The position numbers and the translations under genes are program-made. Shown piece after piece: positions 56,501 through 64,000 of a DNA stretch of 64,000 nucleotides (positions are counted from its first letter, which is position 1; each line of letters begins with the position of its first letter). Origin of the DNA: a bacterium (lineage in GTDB: Bacteria; UBA8248); the NCBI GenBank assembly GCA_965204535.1, contig CBDBEV010000001.1:2752001-2816000 (forward strand). Reading direction: 5' to 3'. Under the pieces are notes generated by a model. That model was not told where the DNA came from. It ran no database searches and saw only the letters and a list, made by a program, of their open reading frames with translations.

Positions 56501-57619
56501 GTGAGTTTCGTGAACGCAACGAACGAGACGAGAAGGCCCATCGGCTTGGCGGTGGTGGGATGCGGCAAGATCGGACGCATCCGCGCGGAGTTCGCGCGCC
56601 AGAACGCGGCGGTCGAATGGATCGGTCTGTGCGACATCGACGAGAAGGTGGGAAGAAAACTGGCCGAAGACGTGTCCGCCGATTTTTTCACCACGGACTA
56701 CCGCGAACTCCTGAAGCGCGATGAGGTGAACGCGACCGTCCTGGCCACCTACGCGAACGAGCGGCTCGAACCCATCCTCATCGGCGTCGAGCGCGGCCAC
56801 CGGATGCTGATCGAAAAACCCCTGGCGGTGGACGCCGGTGTATCCCAAAAGCTGGCGCGCGCCATCGACGAGGCGGGCGTCGACGCCGTCCTGGGCTACA
56901 CGCAGCGGTTTCGACGCCGTTTTCTGGTGGCGAAGGAGAAGATTCGCTCGGGCGAGTTGGGCGACGTCTCATCCGTGACGGGCCGCGCCTTCCTGAATCG
57001 CATGAACCCGGTGGCGAATTCCACCAAAACCGAGTTCCCGACGAAATTCACCCCCATGGTCATCTCCGGCACCCACAGCGTGGATCTGTGCTCCTGGCTT
57101 CTGGAGGGCCACCGCCCGGTCGAGGTGTACGCCCGCTCGGTGGACAAGGCGATGGCGCCCTACCTCACGAAGGATTCCACGTTCGCCATCGTCACCTATG
57201 AGGACGGGACGATATGGAGCATGAACGTGAGCTGGGCGCTGCCGCGCGTCTGGCCGGCGGAGGTCTATTCGCTCGAACTGGGTATCGTGGGGACAGGCGG
57301 CGTGCTCACGATTGACGACACGCACCGCGACATCGTCTTCGCCACCTCGGAGCCACACGAATCAGCACGCCTGAGAGAAGAGCGCAACGTGAGTTTTTTG
57401 ACCAGCTATCCGCCCGGCGATCTGGTGTTCGACCAACTCTGGGGCCCCATGCGCGAGGAGACGCGCTCGTGGTTCGACAGGATTTATCTGGGCGTCCCCA
57501 CGCCGCACACCACCGCGCGCGAGGCGCACGAGAACCTCATGCTGTGCCTGGCGATGGACCATTCGGCCAAGACCGGACGGGCGGTGCCGCTTCCGGTTGC
57601 GCCCGAGGATTTTGAATAA
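56501..57619 (+). CDS. Gfo/Idh/MocA oxidoreductase
   Basis: VVGCGKIG, IEKPLA, GYTQRF, ISGTH; start uncertain. Confidence 0.9.
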   Translation: MSFVNATNETRRPIGLAVVGCGKIGRIRAEFARQNAAVEWIGLCDIDEKVGRKLAEDVSADFFTTDYRELLKRDEVNATVLATYANERLEPILIGVERGHRMLIEKPLAVDAGVSQKLARAIDEAGVDAVLGYTQRFRRRFLVAKEKIRSGELGDVSSVTGRAFLNRMNPVANSTKTEFPTKFTPMVISGTHSVDLCSWLLEGHRPVEVYARSVDKAMAPYLTKDSTFAIVTYEDGTIWSMNVSWALPRVWPAEVYSLELGIVGTGGVLTIDDTHRDIVFATSEPHESARLREERNVSFLTSYPPGDLVFDQLWGPMREETRSWFDRIYLGVPTPHTTAREAHENLMLCLAMDHSAKTGRAVPLPVAPEDFE

Positions 57620-57718
57620 GGTGAATCTTCGCTACTTGGCGTTGCGCCTGCTGCAAGCGACGCCGGATGAGATTCCGGCGCGTTTTTACATGTCTTGATA
57701 ATTTCACGGGAGAGGGTA

Positions 57719-58849
57719 ATGGCGGTTTCGGGAGGCGAGAGGAATCCGATTGGACTGGCCGTGGTCGGCTGCGGGCGGGTGGGGCGCATCCGCGCGCGCT
57801 GCGCCAGGGAGTATCCGGGAACGGAGTGGCTCGGCTGCTGCGACATCGACGAGAAAAAGGGCCGGGCGATGGCCGGGGAGTTCGATGCCGATTTTTTCAC
57901 GACGGATTTCGCCGAACTCATACAGCGGCCCGAAGTGAACGCCGTCATCATCGCCACGGATGAGGAATGGCACGCGAAACCGCTCTGGGAGGCGATAGCG
58001 CAGGGCCACAGGATTCTGGTGGAAAAACCGCTGGCGACGAACGTGGTGGAATCGGCGAAAATCGTGGAGGCCGCCGAAGCGGCGGACGCCGAGCTACTGG
58101 TGGGCTACACCCAGCGCTTCAGGAGGCGCTGGCTCACGGCGCGCGAGCACGTGCAATCGGGCGTACTGGGCGAGGTCACCTCCGCCACGACGCGCGCGCT
58201 GCTGAACCGCCAGGTCGGCATCACGCGGCTGGCGAAAAACGAGGATCGCTCGATGTTGACGCCCATGGTGATATCCGGCACCCATGCGCTGGATGTGATG
58301 CTGTTCGTGATGGGGCCGGAAAAGCAGCCCGTGGAAGTCGTCTCGCGCTCGATATCGCGCGTGATGACGGGCATCGGCACGCAGGACGCCACCTTCAGCA
58401 TCTTCACCTTCGACGACGGGACCATCTGGAGCATGGAGTGCAACTGGGGGATGCCCACCATCTGGCCCGCCTCGACATACGGCGTCACCATCAGCGTGGT
58501 GGGCACCGAGGGCGCGCTCACCATCGACGACACCCATGCCGATTTCATCATGGCGTCCGAAAACCCGCTCGCCTCTCACCGGGGGGAGGAGCGCCACGTG
58601 CACCTGCTCGAGAGCTACCCGGCGGGCGATATGTCAAAGGGGCAGTTCTGGGGGCCGATGCGCGATGAGTCCATCGCCTGGCTATCGCACCTCTACACGG
58701 GCGTCGACATGCCCCACGCCACAGGGGCGGAGGGGCACCGTAACCTCATGCTCTGCATGGCGTGCGACTTATCCGCCAAGCGCAAGGAAGTCGTGAAGCT
58801 GCCCATTGATCCCGAGGAGCTGCACGCAGGGTTAAAAGCGAATAATTAG
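57719..58849 (+). CDS. Gfo/Idh/MocA oxidoreductase (tandem paralog)
   Basis: VVGCGRVG, VEKPLA, GYTQRF, TPMVISGTH, WGPMR shared with upstream gene. Confidence 0.9.
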   Translation: MAVSGGERNPIGLAVVGCGRVGRIRARCAREYPGTEWLGCCDIDEKKGRAMAGEFDADFFTTDFAELIQRPEVNAVIIATDEEWHAKPLWEAIAQGHRILVEKPLATNVVESAKIVEAAEAADAELLVGYTQRFRRRWLTAREHVQSGVLGEVTSATTRALLNRQVGITRLAKNEDRSMLTPMVISGTHALDVMLFVMGPEKQPVEVVSRSISRVMTGIGTQDATFSIFTFDDGTIWSMECNWGMPTIWPASTYGVTISVVGTEGALTIDDTHADFIMASENPLASHRGEERHVHLLESYPAGDMSKGQFWGPMRDESIAWLSHLYTGVDMPHATGAEGHRNLMLCMACDLSAKRKEVVKLPIDPEELHAGLKANN

Positions 58850-59196
58850 TCCATCGTCGCCGTCGGAGGCGGCCAACCCTCGGATTTGTTCTTGAACGAG
58901 AGGTAGATGAACTCGCCGTCTCCATCGTTCTTGAACTCGTGCTCGGTTCCCTCGGGGATGTGGATGATGTCGCCCGCCGTGACGGTCTTTGCCTCATCCC
59001 CCACCCGGAACCAGGCCGTTCCCTCGACGACGTTGATGAGTTGTTCGCAATCGTGCGTGTGCGGGCGGGCCAGTTTGCCCGGCTGGCTCACCGAACGGTT
59101 GAGCGTTACGTGTTCGCCGATGATGATGCTGCCCTCTGAATCGGACGGTCTCGCCAGGTTTTTTCGCTTCATCTCGTCCCAACGGTAAAACGGCAT
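58846..59196 (-). CDS. Cupin domain protein
   Basis: PHTHDCEQ..VVEG..GDIIHIPEGTEH; AGGAG RBS. Confidence 0.88.
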   Translation of the reverse strand: MPFYRWDEMKRKNLARPSDSEGSIIIGEHVTLNRSVSQPGKLARPHTHDCEQLINVVEGTAWFRVGDEAKTVTAGDIIHIPEGTEHEFKNDGDGEFIYLSFKNKSEGWPPPTATMD

Positions 59197-59280
59197 GTTT
59201 CTGCTCCTTGTCGAAGAAAACGGTTTATCGGCTGGTTCCAGATCGAGAGACGAAAACGCGCGCACGACGCCCAAGTTTCA

Positions 59281-59310
59281 TTGACAGCGAAACGCTCCCG
59301 TCTGTAAGAT
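59281..59310 (+). promoter_or_regulatory. Candidate sigma70 promoter of the TAXI-TRAP operon
   Basis: TTGACA, 18-bp spacer, TAAGAT. Confidence 0.55.
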
Positions 59311-59449
59311 TCAGGCCCAAGCATACAGAAAAGAGCGCTCGTTGAGAACGCGGCGAGAGGGTTCGTTCTCACTGGAGTGTCTCTCGATGAATGGCTGCAC
59401 TTTGAAGCATCTCGTCGAAGTTTTACATCACCTGATAGGGAGAAAAAAA

Positions 59450-60433
59450 ATGAAGAGAATCGTCATGTTGTTCGCAGTTCTGGCCCTGACCCTGCCGTTT
59501 CTGACGGTGGGCGACGCCTACGCCGCGCCCGCGAAATACGACGTTGCGGTCGGCAGTCTGGGCGGCACGATGGGCAGGCTGGGCGCTGGTCTCAGCGAAA
59601 TCGTCAACAGGAAACAGAAAAAGGTCATCCTCAGCGTGGTTCCCGGCGGCGGTCGCGCGAACCCGGCGCGCGTGGGAGGAGGGGGTGCTGATTTCGGCTA
59701 TACCTTCTCGAACTTCGCCGGCGCCGCGATGGCCGGAACTACCCCCTTCAAGAAGTCCTACAAGAGCCTCCGGGGCATCGCCAGCTTCTGGCCTTCGTGC
59801 TACCACCAGTACGCCGCGAAGGAACTCTATGACGGGGGCGTAAAGACCTGGGGCGACATCATCAAGTCGAAAACGCCGCTCAAGGTCGGTGTGGCCAAGA
59901 AGGGAACCAGCACGGAGTACGTGGGGAGCCTGATCGTCAAGCACTACAAGACGAGCTACAAGCAGCTCAGGGAGCGCGGCTACAAGCTCAACTTCGCGGG
60001 CGTGAACGGCATGTCGCGCGCGATCAAAGCCCGCCAGCTCGATTTCTACTTCCACAATTCAGGCGACCCCAACGGCGCCGGCATCCAGGCGGCCCTGGGC
60101 CGGAACCTCGTGTTCCTGGATATGTCCGATGACGTGAAAAAAATGCTGGCAGGCCACGGCTTCACGTCCTGCCAGATTCCCGGCGGCATGTACAGGGGCA
60201 ATCCCAAGCCCAAAGATTCGATGGGCCTTTTCGGCGTCCTGCTCACAACGACCAAGATGAGCGCCGACGTGGTTTATTCGATCCTCAAGATAGCGAGTCG
60301 GGAGAGGAAGTTCCTCGGCGGCGTCCACAAGATCTACAAGCGATGGGATCCCAAGAAAGCCGGCATGCATCTCGGAGTGCCGTTGCATGATGGCGCCAAG
60401 CGCTTCTACAAGGAAATCGGGGGTTCGATGTAA
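59450..60433 (+). CDS. TAXI-family TRAP transporter solute-binding protein
   Basis: Signal peptide; GSLGGT, PGGGRAN, IPGGMY, C-terminal VPLHDGAKRFYKE. Confidence 0.88.
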   Translation: MKRIVMLFAVLALTLPFLTVGDAYAAPAKYDVAVGSLGGTMGRLGAGLSEIVNRKQKKVILSVVPGGGRANPARVGGGGADFGYTFSNFAGAAMAGTTPFKKSYKSLRGIASFWPSCYHQYAAKELYDGGVKTWGDIIKSKTPLKVGVAKKGTSTEYVGSLIVKHYKTSYKQLRERGYKLNFAGVNGMSRAIKARQLDFYFHNSGDPNGAGIQAALGRNLVFLDMSDDVKKMLAGHGFTSCQIPGGMYRGNPKPKDSMGLFGVLLTTTKMSADVVYSILKIASRERKFLGGVHKIYKRWDPKKAGMHLGVPLHDGAKRFYKEIGGSM

Positions 60434-60457
60434 CCATCCCGTCGAAGAGGCGAGAGC

Positions 60458-62431
60458 GTGAACGATATAAAGGAAAGAACCCCTCTGGATTGGCTCGTTC
60501 TGGCGATAGCCGTCGGCATGTCCTGGTTTCACATCCAGGTGGCCTACACGGGAGGTTATGAACCGCTTTCCCAGAGGGCGCTCTCGTATCTGTTCGGGAT
60601 GACCCTGATATTCATCGTCTACAGGAAACCCGCAGCAGGCGGGTGGCGCGCCGTCGCGGCGGCCGCCACCTGCCTCCTGGCGGTCGCCTCCATATCCTAC
60701 CCGATTATTCGTATCGACTATTACCTGAATCGTCTGCATTTCGTTGAGCCGCTCGAAACCATGGATCTGATACTGGGCACGGTGGTTCTGGTGCTCGCCT
60801 TCGAGGCGGCGCGCAGGACCATCAACCTGGCGCTTCCCCTGATATCGCTTTTCTTCATCGTCTATTCGTATTTCGGCCCCTATTTCCCGGGGTTTCTCGC
60901 GCACAAGGGCGCAACCTACATGCACATCGTGGATCACCAGTACATGACCTACGATGGCATCTGGACGGCTCCTTTAAGCGTTTTTTCGGTCTACATCTTC
61001 TTGTTCATCCTGTTCGGCGCGTTTCTGGACCGCATGGGGGCGGCTGATTTCTACGTGAAGCTCTCCATGGCGGCCGCGGGCAGGCTGCGCGGCGGACCGG
61101 CGAAGGCGGCTGTTTTCGCCAGCGCCATGACGGGCACGATCATGGGCAGCGCGAACGCGAACGTGGTCACCACGGGTTCGTTCACCATCCCGATGATGAA
61201 GCGCACCGGCTTCAAGCCCGAGCTGGCGGCCGCCATCGAGACGGCTGCCTCCACGGGGGGACAAATCATGCCGCCCATCATGGGGGCGTCGGCGTTCCTG
61301 ATCGTGGAGTTCACCGGCATTTCGTATTGGGAGATCGTGAAGGTATCGATTCTGCCCGCCGTTTTGTATTTCTTCTCCGTCTACGCGACCGTGCATTTAG
61401 AGGCGAGAAAAGAAGGTCTTGTGGGCATGCCCAGGGATTTGATTCCCCCCCTGGGTCCTATCTTGAAAGAAGGGTGGTTTTATCTCCTGCCTCCCATCGT
61501 GATCCTGGCGATTCTCATGACGGGAAGACCCGTACCCTATGCGGGTCTCGCGGGCATTCTCTCCGTCGTACTCCTGGCGGCGCTCAAGGGCGCACTCGTC
61601 ATGATGGAAAAAGCCCGAAGAGAGGGCGTGAGCCTCACGGAAGTGATTAGCGAGTTGGGCCGCGGCCTTTGGAACATCGTCCTGGCGCTCGAGAAGGGCG
61701 CCATTCAGTCGCTTCCCATATGCGCGGCGGTGGGGGCTGTGGGCATCATCATGGGCGCGCTTTTCCAGACGGGTCTCGGCCTCAAGTTCTCTTCCTTGGT
61801 CACGAATCTGGCGAACGAAAGCCTGTTCCTGGGTATCCTCCTGGTGGGCGTGGCCTCGTTCGTTCTCGGCATGGGGCTTCCGACGAGCGCGGCGTACATT
61901 GTCTTGTCCGTCATGGCCGTGCCCGCGCTCCTGGAACTCGGAGAGCCGTTCAAGCTCTCGCTCCTCGGCGCGCATCTCATCGTGTTCTGGTACAGCCTGG
62001 ACAGTTGCTTCACGCCCCCTGTATGCGTGCCCGCCTATACGGCGGCGGGCATAGCGGACGCCAACCCGGCGAAGGCCGCCTGGGCGTCTTTCCGCACGGC
62101 GAAGGGCATGTACATCGTGCCCCTGATGTTCGCCTTCACACCGATCCTGCTCATCCGCCAGCCCTGGCTCTCACTGGAGACTTTCGCCGCGGGGCTTCTC
62201 GGCTTCCAGGCGCTCGCCGCCGGCATGGTCGGGTTCATGTATTTCCGCTTCTCGACCCCGATGCGCGGGTATTTGTTCCTGGCGGCGGGGCTGTTGTTCT
62301 GGCCGGGCTACCTGAACCATCTGGCAGGCGCGATCATGCTGGGCGCGGTTTTCATCCTGCAGAGAAGGCGCCTCGCCGAGGAGGGAGAGCCCACGCCCGC
62401 CCCCGTGGCCGGAGGCGCCGCTTCCGCGTAG
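60458..62431 (+). CDS. TRAP transporter 4TM/12TM fused permease
   Basis: GGPAKAAV, ANVVTTGSFTIPMM, ASTGGQIMPPIMGA, LGMGLPTSAAY, TPPV. Confidence 0.93.
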   Translation: MNDIKERTPLDWLVLAIAVGMSWFHIQVAYTGGYEPLSQRALSYLFGMTLIFIVYRKPAAGGWRAVAAAATCLLAVASISYPIIRIDYYLNRLHFVEPLETMDLILGTVVLVLAFEAARRTINLALPLISLFFIVYSYFGPYFPGFLAHKGATYMHIVDHQYMTYDGIWTAPLSVFSVYIFLFILFGAFLDRMGAADFYVKLSMAAAGRLRGGPAKAAVFASAMTGTIMGSANANVVTTGSFTIPMMKRTGFKPELAAAIETAASTGGQIMPPIMGASAFLIVEFTGISYWEIVKVSILPAVLYFFSVYATVHLEARKEGLVGMPRDLIPPLGPILKEGWFYLLPPIVILAILMTGRPVPYAGLAGILSVVLLAALKGALVMMEKARREGVSLTEVISELGRGLWNIVLALEKGAIQSLPICAAVGAVGIIMGALFQTGLGLKFSSLVTNLANESLFLGILLVGVASFVLGMGLPTSAAYIVLSVMAVPALLELGEPFKLSLLGAHLIVFWYSLDSCFTPPVCVPAYTAAGIADANPAKAAWASFRTAKGMYIVPLMFAFTPILLIRQPWLSLETFAAGLLGFQALAAGMVGFMYFRFSTPMRGYLFLAAGLLFWPGYLNHLAGAIMLGAVFILQRRRLAEEGEPTPAPVAGGAASA

Positions 62432-62590
62432 GGGATTTGGCAGCTTCAGGGGCTGCTTGATTCGTGTAAGGGCGTTTGGAACATTGCTCACCATCTGATT
62501 TCACTTCCGCTCGCGCGGCGCCGGGTTTTCTCATCCGGGAGCCGGGCGGGCGCTCCTCCATTCCAGGCAGAGCGCAGGGAGGGTTTTCTC

Positions 62591-63814
62591 ATGGAAGAAA
62601 AAGCGATCGACCGGATCGACGAATCCCGGGGGCCGCACTACGAACCCTACGGCTGGCATCACTGGCCCGAGCATCCCTGGATGTCCTATCAGTTCCGCCG
62701 CGCCCTGGGCGAGACCCAGGAGGGCGGCGGTTCCATCAGCGAGTGCTTTCTGGCCGCGAGCCGCATGACGCCCGGCGACAACGAGAGCTGGCACGCCGAA
62801 TGGACCCGCGTGGGCGACAGCAACCGCGCGCGCGGAGACGAAGCGGCATCGGCGGGGCGCATCCAGACGGCGCGCAACTGCTGGCTGCGCGCGGCGGATT
62901 ACTACCGGAGTGCAGAGTTCTGGCTGGCGTCCGACGACCCGCGCAGGCTCGAAACCTTCGAGAAGGTGGAAGCATGCTCGAAGGCGTTTTTAAGCCATCT
63001 CACGCCGCCCGGCGAGGTGGTGCGGGTCCCCTACGAGGACGGGGCGCATCTGGACGCCTATTTCGTGCCCGCGCCATTTCGCGTGGAGAGGCAACCCGCC
63101 GTCATCTGCTTCGGCGGCCTGGACGCCTACAAGGACGAGATGTGGTTCATGGCGGGGCGGGGGTTCTTGCAGCGCGGAATATCGGTCTTGATGATCGACG
63201 GCCCCGGCCAGGGGGGCACGCTGAGAAGAGGCGGCATTACGAGCCGCCACGACTACGAGGCGCCCGTGGGCCGTTGCATCGACTATCTGGAGGGGCGGGG
63301 AGACGTGGACGCCTCGCGCGTCGCCGTCTGCGGCGGGGGGATCGGCGGCCATTTCGCCGCCCGGGCGGCGTGTTACGAGCACAGGCTCGCCGCCGCGCTC
63401 TCCCACACCGCCGGGTGGAGCCTTTATGATACATGGCGCGACGCGGGCGAGGATCACCGCCTGGCCGATTCCATCAAGTGGGTCTTTGGCGCTGCGAGCA
63501 TGAAAGAAGCCGTCGAGAAGCTCGCGCCCTACACGCTCGAAGGCCACATCGGACGCATGAAGTGCCCCTATCTCATCGTCCACGGAGGTTACGACGTGTT
63601 GGGCGTCGCCCAAGCGCGTAAGGTGTACGAGGCCGCCAAAAACGCGGGGGTGGACGTGACGCTCAGACTCGTCGATCAAGAGGAGACCGGCGCGGATCAT
63701 TGCCAGCACGACAACCCCACCATCGGCCAGGAGATACTCGCCGACTGGCTGGCCGGGGTATTCGAAATCGACGAGCGCGATTTGATGTCGAAAACCCTCG
63801 CGCCGATTCTTTGA
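62591..63814 (+). CDS. Alpha/beta hydrolase (DHPON-hydrolase-like) lacking the nucleophile Ser
   Basis: RAADYYRSAEF, FGGLD, IDGPGQG, elbow reads CGGGIGG, HGGYD, GADHCQ. Confidence 0.85.
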   Translation: MEEKAIDRIDESRGPHYEPYGWHHWPEHPWMSYQFRRALGETQEGGGSISECFLAASRMTPGDNESWHAEWTRVGDSNRARGDEAASAGRIQTARNCWLRAADYYRSAEFWLASDDPRRLETFEKVEACSKAFLSHLTPPGEVVRVPYEDGAHLDAYFVPAPFRVERQPAVICFGGLDAYKDEMWFMAGRGFLQRGISVLMIDGPGQGGTLRRGGITSRHDYEAPVGRCIDYLEGRGDVDASRVAVCGGGIGGHFAARAACYEHRLAAALSHTAGWSLYDTWRDAGEDHRLADSIKWVFGAASMKEAVEKLAPYTLEGHIGRMKCPYLIVHGGYDVLGVAQARKVYEAAKNAGVDVTLRLVDQEETGADHCQHDNPTIGQEILADWLAGVFEIDERDLMSKTLAPIL

Positions 63815-63824
63815 GGAGGTTCAT

Positions 63825-64000
63825 GTGAGCATCACGCTGCTCGAGAATTTCAGGGCCGTTTTCTACACGCCGTTCTACGCCGCCTTCTCTTTGGGGGCTT
63901 ATGAGGAGGCGGGCGTCGACGTTCGCATCGAAACCTCGCCCGACCCCGCCCGAAACGCTGAACTGCTCATGTCCGGCGAGGCGCAGGTGAGTTGGGGCGG
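63825..64000 (+). CDS. ABC substrate-binding protein (NMT1-like), partial at window edge
   Basis: GAGGAGG then GTG; SITLLENFRAVFYTPFYAAFSLGAYEEAGVDV..GEAQVSWG; absent from the ORF track because it has no stop in the window. Confidence 0.75.
   Translation, partial: MSITLLENFRAVFYTPFYAAFSLGAYEEAGVDVRIETSPDPARNAELLMSGEAQVSWG

Overview
A 64-kb stretch of a GC-rich bacterial chromosome in three parts. (1) 1-12.6 kb: cyclase and CMD genes, amtB-glnK, an operon coupling a secreted di-heme cytochrome c peroxidase/MauG-like protein to a PhnDCE-like ABC transporter behind a perfect TTTAG-N6-CTAAA palindrome, an acyl-CoA synthetase, an M20 amidohydrolase, an EamA transporter and tRNA-Glu(TTC). (2) 12.7-32.1 kb: a surface-glycan locus with nonulosonic-acid genes (NeuA-NeuB and GT2-NeuA fusions), a LarA-family racemase/epimerase, two AsnB-like amidotransferases, two convergent O-antigen ligase/polymerase genes and an ABC flippase. 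(3) 32.2-64 kb: catabolic and transport genes interrupted by small toxin-antitoxin/defence cassettes (HigBA, DarTG1, RelBE-like, ParA plus unknown partner, DUF2283 pair, decayed DUF433 pair), an IS1182, IS256 remnants, IS1182-end MITEs and REP-like palindromes. Most notable signals: (a) at three loci, foreign cassettes lie between long, slightly diverged direct repeats made of host gene ends, with no integrase in the window; (b) an AhpD/CMD gene with an in-frame UGA in a CxxU motif followed by a SECIS-like hairpin, probably a selenoprotein; (c) the di-heme protein/PhnDCE-like operon with altered ligand motifs and a possible metal-regulator box; (d) IS1182-end MITEs carrying different palindromes, including a spacer that is flipped between two copies; (e) LarA embedded in a nonulosonate operon. 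No CRISPR array, rRNA or integrase was seen. All family calls come from motif recognition by eye, not database searches.
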